From assembly GCF_000025685.1 (NCBI RefSeq), contig NC_013967.1, positions 180,001-212,000 of the forward strand: a stretch of DNA of 32,000 nt, in the 5' to 3' direction. The position numbers and the translations under genes are program-made. The notes below the pieces were generated by a model. It was not told the origin of the DNA. It searched no databases and saw only the letters and a program-made list of their open reading frames with translations. Shown here piece after piece: positions 18,709 to 26,629 of the stretch (the first letter of the stretch is position 1; each line of letters starts with the position of its first letter). This stretch comes from Haloferax volcanii DS2. GTDB lineage: Archaea; Halobacteriota; Halobacteria; Halobacteriales; Haloferacaceae.

Positions 18709-19314
18709 ATGGACGAGAAGACCGCCGAACTCCGCGATATCTTCATCGAGGCGACCGGCTCGGACACCGTGACCGAACAGCAGTCCGAGTCGCGCGGGTC
18801 GCTCGCCGACGTGGACGACCCCGAAGCGGTCCGCGAGCGCGTCCGCGACATCGTGGCGACGATGCGCGAGCGCTACGCGTTCGACACCGAGTTCGACGAC
18901 GACGCGCTCGTCGCGCTCGTCGTCGGCTTCTTCGACGGCGACTCCGACGCCGACCTCGCGGTCGAACTCGACGCGTCGCCCGAGGCGGTTCGCACCGCCC
19001 GGTTCGACCTCCACCTCGTCCGCGACGCCGACCGCGAGTTCCCGTTCGACGCCGACCGCTTCGACACCCTGCTCGTCGACGGCGCGGACGACGAGGCCAT
19101 CGTCGAGGCGCTCGACGTGCCCGTCGAGGTCGTCTCCGAGTGCCGCCCCGTCGCCGAGGCGGACATCCGTTCGAGCCGGGCCAACTACCGCTTCCGCGAC
19201 GACTTCGCGGAGCTTCTGACCGACGACGACCTCTCGAACCGGATGGCCGAGGACGCCCGCCGCGACGGCCTCCGCGAGGCGACGGAAGATATCGAGACCG
19301 ACGTGTCGCTGTAA
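18709..19314 (+). CDS. Very acidic conserved haloarchaeal hypothetical protein, 201 aa
   Basis: MDEKTAELRDIFIEATGSDTVTEQQSESRGSL... It has high GC3, its own TATA box, and sits directly upstream of mcm. The overlapping frame (the N-terminal part of ORF 18693..21476) is Arg-rich junk. Confidence 0.6.
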   Translation: MDEKTAELRDIFIEATGSDTVTEQQSESRGSLADVDDPEAVRERVRDIVATMRERYAFDTEFDDDALVALVVGFFDGDSDADLAVELDASPEAVRTARFDLHLVRDADREFPFDADRFDTLLVDGADDEAIVEALDVPVEVVSECRPVAEADIRSSRANYRFRDDFAELLTDDDLSNRMAEDARRDGLREATEDIETDVSL

Positions 19315-19335
19315 CGGTCGGCCGAACGACGAAGG

Positions 19336-19343
19336 TTCTTAAC
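19336..19343 (+). promoter_or_regulatory. TATA-like box (TTCTTAAC) about 28 bp upstream of the mcm ATG
   Basis: It is the only AT-rich element in the 53-bp spacer. The spacing fits a leaderless mcm mRNA. Confidence 0.4.
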
Positions 19344-19367
19344 CGATTGGAGACATACCCCTGTGCG

Positions 19368-21476
19368 ATGGCGCAGGCCCCCCAGAACCGAGACCTGACG
19401 GAACGGTTCATCGAGTTCTACCGAAACTACTACCGAGAGGAGATCGGGACGCTCGCACAGCAGTACCCGAAGGAAAAGCGGTCGCTGCACATCGATTACG
19501 ACGACCTCTATCGGTTCGATTCGGAACTCGCGGACGACTACATCACGAAGCCCGGCCAGTTCCAGGAGTACGCGGAGGAGGCGCTGCGCCTGTTCGACCT
19601 CCCCGCGGACGTGAAACTCGGGCAGGCGCACGTCCGGATGCGAAACCTCCCCGAGACGGTCGATATCCGGAACCTCAGGGTCAACGACGACCACATCGGG
19701 ACGCTCATCTCGGTGCAGGGCATCGTCCGGAAGGCGACCGACGTGCGTCCGAAAATCACGGAAGCCGCCTTCGAGTGCCAGCGCTGCGGGACGATGAGCT
19801 ACATCCCGCAGGGCGACGGCGGCTTTCAGGAACCCCACGAGTGTCAGGGATGCGAGCGCCAGGGGCCGTTCCGCATCGACTTCGACCAGTCGAACTTCGT
19901 CGACTCACAGAAACTGCGCGTCCAGGAGTCCCCCGAGGGCCTGCGCGGGGGCGAGACGCCGCAGAGCATCGACATCAACCTCTCCGACGACGTGACCGGC
20001 AAGGTCACCGCCGGCGACCACGTCACCGTCGTCGGCGTCCTCCACATCGAACAGCAGACATCGGGCAACGAGAAGACGCCCGTCTTCGACTACTACATGG
20101 AAGGCATCTCGCTCACCATCGAGGACGAGGAGTTCGAGGACATGGAGATATCCGACGAGGACGTGGCCGAAATCGTCGAACTCTCGAACGACCCGGCCAT
20201 CTACGAGAAGATGGTCGAGTCCGTCGCGCCCGCCATCTACGGCTACGAGCAGGAGAAGATTGCCATGATTCTCCAACTGTTCTCGGGCGTCACGAAACAC
20301 CTGCCCGACGGCTCGCGGATTCGCGGCGACCTGCACATGCTGTTGATAGGGGACCCCGGAACTGGCAAATCGCAGATGTTATCATATATCAGACATATTG
20401 CGCCCCGCTCGGTCTACACCTCCGGCAAGGGTTCGTCCTCGGCAGGTCTCACCGCCGCCGCCGTCCGCGACGACTTCGGCGACGGCCAGCAGTGGACGCT
20501 CGAAGCCGGCGCGCTCGTCCTCGCGGACAAGGGTATCGCGGCGGTCGACGAACTGGACAAGATGCGGCCCGAAGACCGCTCTGCGATGCACGAGGGGCTC
20601 GAACAACAGCAGATTTCGGTCTCCAAGGCCGGCATCAACGCGACGCTCAAGTCGCGGTGTTCGCTCCTCGGCGCGGCGAACCCGAAGTACGGCCGCTTCG
20701 ACCAGTACGAACCCATCGGCGAGCAGATAGACCTCGAACCCGCGCTCATCTCGCGGTTCGACCTCATCTTCACGGTCACGGACGACCCCGACCCCGACGA
20801 GGACTCCAAGCTCGCGGACCACATCCTCAAGACCAACTACGCGGGCGAGCTGAACACCCAGCGGACGAACGTCGCCAACTCCGAGTTCACGGAACAGCAG
20901 GTCGACGCCGTCACCGACGAGGTCGCGCCCACCATCGACGCGGACCTGCTCCGCAAGTACATCGCCTACGCGAAGCGCACCTGCTACCCGACGATGACCG
21001 ACGAGGCGAAGGAGGTCATCCGCGACTTCTACGTCGACTTCCGCGCCCGCGGTGCCGACGAGGACGCGCCCGTTCCCGTGACCGCCCGGAAGCTCGAAGC
21101 GCTCGTCCGCCTCGGCGAGGCCTCGGCCCGCGTCCGCCTCTCGGACAAGGTGACTCGCGAGGACGCAGAGCGCGTCACGGGCATCGTCGAGTCCTGCCTG
21201 CGAGACATCGGCATGGACCCAGAGACCGGCGAGTTCGACGCCGACATCGTCGAGACGGGCCGTTCGAAGACCCAGCGCGACCGCATCAAGAACCTGCTCG
21301 AACTCATCCGCACCATGCAGGAGGAGTACGAGGAGGGCGCGCCCCACGAGGAGGTCCTCGAACGCGCCAACAGCGAACTGAACATGGACGAAAAGACGGT
21401 CAACGACCAGCTTGACAAGCTGAAGATGAAAGGCGACATCTACGAGCCCCGCGGCGACGTGTACCGCGCGACTTGA
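19368..21476 (+). CDS. mcm: Minichromosome maintenance (MCM) replicative helicase, 702 aa, intein-free
   Basis: ATG at 19368, in frame with ORF 18693..21476. The zinc motif is CQRCG...CQGCE, Walker A is GDPGTGKSQ, Walker B is AAVDELDKM and the arginine finger is SRFDLIF. A C-terminal wHTH is present. Confidence 0.95.
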   Translation: MAQAPQNRDLTERFIEFYRNYYREEIGTLAQQYPKEKRSLHIDYDDLYRFDSELADDYITKPGQFQEYAEEALRLFDLPADVKLGQAHVRMRNLPETVDIRNLRVNDDHIGTLISVQGIVRKATDVRPKITEAAFECQRCGTMSYIPQGDGGFQEPHECQGCERQGPFRIDFDQSNFVDSQKLRVQESPEGLRGGETPQSIDINLSDDVTGKVTAGDHVTVVGVLHIEQQTSGNEKTPVFDYYMEGISLTIEDEEFEDMEISDEDVAEIVELSNDPAIYEKMVESVAPAIYGYEQEKIAMILQLFSGVTKHLPDGSRIRGDLHMLLIGDPGTGKSQMLSYIRHIAPRSVYTSGKGSSSAGLTAAAVRDDFGDGQQWTLEAGALVLADKGIAAVDELDKMRPEDRSAMHEGLEQQQISVSKAGINATLKSRCSLLGAANPKYGRFDQYEPIGEQIDLEPALISRFDLIFTVTDDPDPDEDSKLADHILKTNYAGELNTQRTNVANSEFTEQQVDAVTDEVAPTIDADLLRKYIAYAKRTCYPTMTDEAKEVIRDFYVDFRARGADEDAPVPVTARKLEALVRLGEASARVRLSDKVTREDAERVTGIVESCLRDIGMDPETGEFDADIVETGRSKTQRDRIKNLLELIRTMQEEYEEGAPHEEVLERANSELNMDEKTVNDQLDKLKMKGDIYEPRGDVYRAT

Positions 21477-21576
21477 GCCGTCCTCGGCTGCTGCGCCCGC
21501 CCGTCAGCGACTCGGCTTCGATTCCGCGCGGAACCGACGAACTTAGTGGAGCGTGCGCTGAGGGGACAGACGACCG

Positions 21577-21879
21577 ATGGACCGAATCTCCGCCATCCGC
21601 AACATCGAAGACGCCATCCGCGACCTCGAATCGGGGGACGCGGACCTCGCCAGCACCGAGCAGCGCGTCGTGACCGTGCTCCGGACGTTCGCCACGGAGT
21701 TCGAAGACGACGCCGGCGACGGGACGCTCGACGCGTGGACGGCCGTCGGCGACGACCGCGCCGAGGGACTTGTCGTCCTCGCCGCCGACGCCGACGACGC
21801 GCGGGCGCGGGTCAGAGACTTACTCGACGAGGCGACCGGCGACGCCGACGACGTGACGTTCTCGGTCGAGCGCGTCTGA
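21577..21879 (+). CDS. Small acidic hypothetical protein, 100 aa
   Basis: ATG at 21577. It has high GC3 and an acidic composition (MDRISAIRNIEDAIRDLESGDADL...). I recognise no family. Confidence 0.5.
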   Translation: MDRISAIRNIEDAIRDLESGDADLASTEQRVVTVLRTFATEFEDDAGDGTLDAWTAVGDDRAEGLVVLAADADDARARVRDLLDEATGDADDVTFSVERV

Positions 21880-22029
21880 GACGACCGCCGCGGGGATTCG
21901 GAATCGGATTCGACGACCGCACGCTTCTGCCGTCGCCGTCACCGTCTCCGCCACCCATTGGTGTCATATAGCTGACCGGAGGGCGACGCGGTCGAACGAT
22001 TTTTCTTTCGACTCCGTGACCGGTCGTGC

Positions 22030-22368
22030 GTGTTGTTGGTCGTGACCTATTCGCAGGCGGCGCGGACGACGCTTCGGAACATCTGCCGGACCCACGACGA
22101 GGTCGTAGTCCGTCAGTTGGGTCGCGCCGCGCTGTTCGACGAGACGGAGTTGGCCGCCTTCCTCGCGCTTCGGCTTCGGGAGAAACACGACGAAGACGTT
22201 CAAATCGAGCAAACCCAGCCGTTCAACGAGTTCGCGGCCGTCCCCGATGCGGTCCGCGAGGCCGCGGCCGCCTACGAGGACCGCGAGTCGCCGGCGACGC
22301 CGTACAGCAAGTTCGCCTCGGGGACCGACCACCCGTCGGCCGCCGAGATGCAGCGCCGCGAGCTATGA
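22030..22368 (+). CDS. Hypothetical protein, 112 aa, first gene of the MinD-associated module
   Basis: A GTG start at 22030 is the first possible start after the in-frame TGA at 21973. The protein is (M)LLVVTYSQAARTTLRNICRTHDEVVVRQLGRAALFDETELAAFLALRL... Its stop overlaps the next ATG (ATGA, 22365-22368). The antisense ORF 21964..22332 is Arg-rich. Confidence 0.55.
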   Translation: MLLVVTYSQAARTTLRNICRTHDEVVVRQLGRAALFDETELAAFLALRLREKHDEDVQIEQTQPFNEFAAVPDAVREAAAAYEDRESPATPYSKFASGTDHPSAAEMQRREL

Positions 22369-23306
22369 GGCTCCGATTGCCCGACGGAACCGCCGTCGAG
22401 GGGCGAGCTATCGACCTCGCCAGCGACTCGGTCGCTGTCGACGCCGACGAGGTCGTCGCCGCGATACGAGCGGACGGGAGAGCCGACGCGCCGGGCGCGG
22501 TCCGAATCGACTGCTCGTCGCCCGGCCCCGGCCACGACCGACTCGGCAGAGTTCCCGTTTCGGACCCGGCCCCGTCCCGCGGGTGGCTCCTCGCGGCAGT
22601 CGGGCGGTCCCGCGGCCGCCGCGCTCCCGTCGCCGACGACCTCGACCGACTCGAAGCGAAACTCGCGGAGCACCGCGACCGTGCGGCCGGGGAGTCGAAT
22701 GCGGACGACCCCGAGCGCGTCGACACGTCCGCGGCCGCGCTCCGCCAGGCCCGCCACCGCGTCGCCGCCGCCGGAGAAGACGAGTCTCGGCTCAGAGAGC
22801 GCGTCGCGACCCTCCGCGGACGGGTGAACGCCCACCGCGACGCCGGCGACGACGAGGCGACCGCGGCGGCCCGACAGGAGCTCGTGGAGGCGGCGACGGA
22901 ACTCTCGGAAGTCGAAACAGAACGCGTCGCGGCCGAACAGCGGCTGTCGGCGCTCGAACAGGCGAGCCGAGCCGAACGAGACAGGCGGGACGCGAGACTC
23001 AAACTCGAAGACGCGGTCGAGAACCGCCGCCGAGACGCGCGGGCGTACTTCGCGGCCGAACTCGGAGCGGAGTTCGAAGCGGCGCTCCGAGACCTCGCGT
23101 CGCTCCCGGCTGCGGCGACTCCGGCGGTCGACTCGCCACCTGTGCCGCCCGCCCCCGAATCAGACCCCGTCGCGCGCTCGCTGGCCGCCGTTCGCCTCGC
23201 CGACCTGTCCGCCCCGGTCGTCCTCTCGTGCGGCCGGTTTTCGGACGCCGAGGCCGCGGCGGACTGGCTCGGCGCGCCGGTCGTTCGGTGTTCTCCCTCC
23301 GATTGA
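22365..23306 (+). CDS. Hypothetical coiled-coil protein, 313 aa
   Basis: ATG at 22365 overlaps the upstream stop. The N-terminal globular part (MRLRLPDGTAVEGRAIDL...) is followed by a long Arg/Glu/Ala-rich helical segment (LRERVATLRGRV...ERVAAEQRLSALEQASRAERDRRDARLKLEDAVENRRRDA). A small C-terminal domain follows (APVVLSCGRFSDAEAAADWLGAPVV). Confidence 0.6.
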   Translation: MRLRLPDGTAVEGRAIDLASDSVAVDADEVVAAIRADGRADAPGAVRIDCSSPGPGHDRLGRVPVSDPAPSRGWLLAAVGRSRGRRAPVADDLDRLEAKLAEHRDRAAGESNADDPERVDTSAAALRQARHRVAAAGEDESRLRERVATLRGRVNAHRDAGDDEATAAARQELVEAATELSEVETERVAAEQRLSALEQASRAERDRRDARLKLEDAVENRRRDARAYFAAELGAEFEAALRDLASLPAAATPAVDSPPVPPAPESDPVARSLAAVRLADLSAPVVLSCGRFSDAEAAADWLGAPVVRCSPSD

Positions 23307-23327
23307 CGGGGCCGCTCCGGGCGTTGA

Positions 23328-23335
23328 TTTATATA
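23328..23335 (+). promoter_or_regulatory. TATA box (TTTATATA) centred 27 bp upstream of the ATG at 23358
   Basis: A strong consensus-like box in the 51-bp gap. It implies that the last two genes of the module have their own, leaderless promoter. Confidence 0.6.
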
Positions 23336-23357
23336 CGAAGCGGCGGCCAACCCCGCC

Positions 23358-24212
23358 ATGCACTCCGATATCGACGTGAGCGCGGACGACGGCGTCGCCC
23401 TCGTCTCGGTCCGAGTCGACAACGACGCGCCGGTCGACCGACGCGTCAGGCTTCGCAACCGCCTCGACGGCCCGGTGCTTCCGCCGCGTCGCGCCGGCGT
23501 CCCCGAACCCGGCTGGGACAACGAGGGCTTCGAAGGCGTCGTTCCCGCGGGTTCGACGGTCGCGCTCGGCTACGCCGTTCCCCTATCGCCGCCGGGCGAC
23601 CGTGACGCCGAGGCTGTCGACGCCGACGGCCTCCCGGAGCACGCGGTCGATGTCGAGACGCTCGGCCGCGCCGACGAGTCGGACGAGGCCGCCGATTCGA
23701 CGCCCGAGGGCGCGATTCGGTCGCTCGGCTCGGCGCGGCCGCCGGCCGACGCGGTTCCCGTTTCTGCTGACCCGCCGCCGACGGTCTCCGCGCCGGAGAC
23801 GCCCGAGTCAGCTCCCGACACCGCCGGCGACGAACGCCCCGACCCGCTTCCGCGACCCGACCCCGACGCCGCCGGCGGCGAACGTTCCACTCCGTCCGAG
23901 CAGCCGACGGACGCCGACGTGTCGGCGGCGGTCGAGACGCGCGAGCCGCGCGACCACGAGACCCAGCGGCCATCGGAGCCGGCGTCTCTCGCGGCCGTCG
24001 AGCGTCGTATCGACCTCGCTGAGCGGCTGGACGGCGCGTCGGTCGCGGACGCCGCGGCGGCGCTCTCGGAGGCCGAACGCGGCGTTGAGGCGCTCGAATC
24101 GCTCGACGCGGACCGCGAACGCCTTCGTCGATTGGCGGCGCGCGCGACCGCGCTCGCGGACCGCGCGGCCGACGCCGACCCCGACGTGGACGCGCTCCGG
24201 AGGCTCGCGTGA
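23358..24212 (+). CDS. Hypothetical protein, 284 aa: N-terminal beta-rich domain, acidic/Pro-rich disordered linker, C-terminal helical tail
   Basis: The N-terminus is MHSDIDVSADDGVALVSVRVDNDAPVDRRVRLRNRLDGPVLPP...VALGYAVPL. A ~110-aa low-complexity D/E/P/A/S linker follows, then AAVERRIDLAERL...ERLRRLAARATALADRAADA. The stop overlaps the MinD GTG (GTGA, 24209-24212). Confidence 0.6.
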   Translation: MHSDIDVSADDGVALVSVRVDNDAPVDRRVRLRNRLDGPVLPPRRAGVPEPGWDNEGFEGVVPAGSTVALGYAVPLSPPGDRDAEAVDADGLPEHAVDVETLGRADESDEAADSTPEGAIRSLGSARPPADAVPVSADPPPTVSAPETPESAPDTAGDERPDPLPRPDPDAAGGERSTPSEQPTDADVSAAVETREPRDHETQRPSEPASLAAVERRIDLAERLDGASVADAAAALSEAERGVEALESLDADRERLRRLAARATALADRAADADPDVDALRRLA

Positions 24213-24871
24213 TTCTCGCGGTCGTCTCCGGGAAGGGCGGCGTCGGGAAGTCGACGCTGTCGTTCGAACTCGCGGCGGAACTGGGGTCGGTCGTCGTGGA
24301 CGCGGACCTCGGAATGGCGAACCTTCCGTACGCGCCCGGTCCCGACCTCCACGACGTGCTCGCGGGTCGGGCCGACCCGCTCGAAGCCGTCCGCTCGGGC
24401 GGGCCGGTCTCGATACTCCCGTGCGGGCGGACGCTCGCCGGCGCGCGGGCGGCCGACACGCGCCTCCTCGCCGACGCGCTTCACGCGGTCGAAGCGGCCT
24501 ACGGCGACGTGGTCGTGGACTGCCCCGCCGGGATGCGCGCCGATGCGGGCGTCCCGCTCGCCGTCGCCGACGCCTGCGTCGTGGTCGCGTCACCGAAGGG
24601 CTACGCGCTGGCCGACGCGGTTCGAACCCGCGAGCTGGCGCGCGAACTCGGCTGCGGGCTCGCCGCCGTCGCGGTCAACCGCGTCGTCGACGCGGTGCCG
24701 CTGGACGCCTTCGCCGACGTGCTCGGCGCGCCGGCGACGGGGATTCCCGCGGACTCGCGGCTGGCCGAGGCGGTCGAGCGGTTCGAGCCGGTCGTCGCGT
24801 CGTCGCCGGAGAGCCTTCCCAGTGCTCGGATTCGGGAACTCGCGGACGCGGTCCGGGTGAGCGGTCGGTAG
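24209..24871 (+). CDS. minD: MinD/ParA-family P-loop ATPase (deviant Walker A), 220 aa
   Basis: The protein has (M)ILAVVSGKGGVGKSTLSFELA (KGGxGK[ST] with the signature lysine), VVVDADLGMANL (switch I) and VVVDCPAG (Walker B). No obvious C-terminal amphipathic membrane-targeting helix is present. From memory, H. volcanii minD1 occupies this position relative to mcm (unverified). Confidence 0.85.
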   Translation: MILAVVSGKGGVGKSTLSFELAAELGSVVVDADLGMANLPYAPGPDLHDVLAGRADPLEAVRSGGPVSILPCGRTLAGARAADTRLLADALHAVEAAYGDVVVDCPAGMRADAGVPLAVADACVVVASPKGYALADAVRTRELARELGCGLAAVAVNRVVDAVPLDAFADVLGAPATGIPADSRLAEAVERFEPVVASSPESLPSARIRELADAVRVSGR

Positions 24872-24964
24872 AAGCGTCGTCTCGTCTTCGGTTCGTTCGC
24901 GAAACAGCGGTTCAGCTCTGGCGTCGTCGTCGCCGTCGGTCAGTGACGGTCGCAGTCTCGCGGC

Positions 24965-25831
24965 TCACTCGCGGAGCGCCACGTACGTCTTGCGGAGCGT
25001 CACGGGCGTCACGTCGGCTACGTCGGCGGCCTCGGCCTGCGTGCAGTCCTCGCCGCGGTCGGACGCGGCGGTGTAGAGACACGCCGCGGCGACGCCGCAG
25101 GGGTTCTTGCCGCCCACGAGCCCCTCGTCGCGGGCCTCGGCGACGTACTCGCGCGCCCGGCGTTCGGTGTCGCTGTCGAGGTCGAGCTTGGTCGCGAACC
25201 GCGGCAGGTACTCGGTCGGGTCGGCGGGCGCGACGGGGAGGCCGAGGTCGCGGTTGAGCGCGCCGTAGGCCGCTTGGTGCTCCGCCTCCGTAGCCTTCGA
25301 CACGTCGCAGACCTCCTCGACGCTCCGGGAGACGCCGGCGACGCGGCAGGCGGCGTAGACGCAGGCCGCGGCGAACCCTTCGAGCGAGCGGCCGCGCAGG
25401 AGGTCTTCGTTCTGGGCGGACTCGAACAGCGAACACGCCTGGTCGCGGATGTGGTTCGGCAGCGACAGCGCGCTCGTCACGCGGCGAATCTCGGTGAAGG
25501 CGTACACCTGATTGCGCTCGCGCTTGGTCGAGATGCGGGCGCGGTTGTGCTGGCGGCGCATGCGGGCGAACTGCCGGCGCTTGCGGCCCTTGATACGCGT
25601 CGAGCGGCCGATTTCGGTCGACAGGCCGCGGTCGTGCCGCGAGCGGGTGAGCGGCGCGCCGGTCCGAGCGGGGTTGCGGTCGTCGTCGGCGAACGAGCGC
25701 CACTCGGGGCCGTGGTCGATGCGGTACTCCGAGACGACGAGACCGCAGTCGGTACAGACCGTCTCGCCGGCTTCGAAACCGAGGTGTCCATCGCATTCGG
25801 GGCAACCCTGGGGGGAGCGTGCTTCACTCAT
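24965..25831 (-). CDS. tfb: Transcription initiation factor IIB (TFB) paralogue, 288 aa
   Basis: ATG at 25829-25831; the track start 25834 is GTG. The N-terminal Zn ribbon is CPECDGHLGFEAGETVCTDCG. The B-reader/linker is GPEWRSF...RTGAP, followed by two cyclin-like repeats (AACVYAACR..., AAACLYTAA...VTPVTLRKTY). Confidence 0.9.
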   Translation of the reverse strand: MSEARSPQGCPECDGHLGFEAGETVCTDCGLVVSEYRIDHGPEWRSFADDDRNPARTGAPLTRSRHDRGLSTEIGRSTRIKGRKRRQFARMRRQHNRARISTKRERNQVYAFTEIRRVTSALSLPNHIRDQACSLFESAQNEDLLRGRSLEGFAAACVYAACRVAGVSRSVEEVCDVSKATEAEHQAAYGALNRDLGLPVAPADPTEYLPRFATKLDLDSDTERRAREYVAEARDEGLVGGKNPCGVAAACLYTAASDRGEDCTQAEAADVADVTPVTLRKTYVALRE

Positions 25832-25858
25832 CACAATTGAAAATCGGTCCCGAACGGG

Positions 25859-25866
25859 TATTTAAA
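25859..25866 (-). promoter_or_regulatory. TATA box for tfb (minus strand TTTAAATA), about 31 bp upstream of the ATG
   Basis: gTATTTAAAc on the + strand, in the divergent 162-bp spacer. Confidence 0.55.
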
Positions 25867-25935
25867 CACGGGTTGTAACGGGGTCGAACACCCGACTCGG
25901 CGCGGTGAAGCCTACCGGTTACCGTTACGCTTGGA

Positions 25936-25949
25936 TATCAGTACTGATA
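25936..25949. promoter_or_regulatory. Perfect 14-bp palindrome TATCAGTACTGATA, just upstream of the TATA-like CTTTTAC (25962-25968) of the 173-aa gene
   Basis: The reverse complement is identical. It lies 45-58 bp upstream of the ATG at 25994 and about 105 bp from the tfb start. Confidence 0.5.
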
Positions 25950-25993
25950 CTATCTGAGAACACTTTTACCCGATAGGCGCGGAGCACCGAGCG

Positions 25994-26515
25994 ATGGGGT
26001 TGTCAGAAATCGCCGCCGCGTTAGAGACGACGACGACTGAACAGCGTTCGCGCTGTGTCCCGACCGTCGATGACACCGATGTTTCCCTCCGCGAGCGCTT
26101 CGAGGCGCACGCAGACGCGCTCCCCTGTGCGCCTGCGGCAGCGGAACGGGTTGTCGAAGCACACGGGTCTGGCACGTCGGTCGGAGCCAGCGCGCGCGAC
26201 GCAGGCGTCGCTCCCGTCACGGCGGCGAAGCTCTTGCACCGTTGCGGCGAAGCGGGCGTGACCCCCCTCGCACCCGAGGCGCGACGCATCGTCCGCGATT
26301 GGATCGACGGGCGCATCTCGCGCGCCGACGCGCTCGCGCTCACCGGCGCGGAGCCGTCGGAGTTCGCCCTCGCAACGTACGTCGAGACACACGACCCCAT
26401 CGACCCCCTCGTCGAAGCCGTCGAGGGCGCGCTGGCCGACCGCACCGACGCGGCCGTCGCCAAGCGCGACTCGCTGGCCGAGACCATGAGCTCGGTCACC
26501 GATATGCAGTTCTGA
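25994..26515 (+). CDS. Conserved hypothetical protein, 173 aa, with two HTH-like segments
   Basis: ATG at 25994. SVGASARDAGVAPVTAAKLLHRCG and ISRADALALTGAEPSEFALATYV look like helix-turn-helix units. The protein has high GC3 and an acidic composition. A T4 tract (26541-26545) follows the stop. Confidence 0.55.
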   Translation: MGLSEIAAALETTTTEQRSRCVPTVDDTDVSLRERFEAHADALPCAPAAAERVVEAHGSGTSVGASARDAGVAPVTAAKLLHRCGEAGVTPLAPEARRIVRDWIDGRISRADALALTGAEPSEFALATYVETHDPIDPLVEAVEGALADRTDAAVAKRDSLAETMSSVTDMQF

Positions 26516-26629
26516 CGCGGGAAACGCCTCCCCACCTCCCGTTTTCGGCTCGGATTCCCCGCTCGCGAGCGGCGGCGCTCGTCGGTCAGCTATCGCTCCG
26601 TCCGAAACGCGGCTGGTGTCCCGTGCGCC

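Noticed and set aside
18693-19367. A 225-codon N-terminal extension of the mcm ORF, which would give a 927-aa protein.
   Set aside because: The extension is Arg-rich junk that overlaps the well-behaved acidic 201-aa CDS in another frame. The ATG at 19368 gives the conserved MCM N-terminus and has a TATA-like element about 28 bp upstream.
18542-21576. A possible replication origin, given the neighbouring mcm and the nearby rfcA.
   Set aside because: There are no repeated origin-recognition-box-like elements, no extended AT-rich duplex-unwinding element and no adjacent orc1/cdc6 gene. The spacers here are short and are explained by promoters and the BirA-like operator.
22223-25257. Multiple long Arg-rich ORFs on both strands across the MinD module (22223..23521 -, 22247..23605 +, 23446..24459 -, 23570..24484 -, 23602..25257 +, 23808..24593 -).
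   Set aside because: All are poly-Arg/Pro/Ala/Ser translations. The chosen frames give acidic haloarchaeal-type proteins, a canonical MinD P-loop, coupling overlaps and a TATA box at the right distance.
26559-26572. A perfect 14-bp GC-rich palindrome, CCGCTCGCGAGCGG, between two convergent genes.
   Set aside because: It is probably just part of a bidirectional terminator or structure region (a T4 tract lies at 26541-26545). Short GC palindromes are expected by chance in sequence this GC-rich, and I see no further copies in the window.
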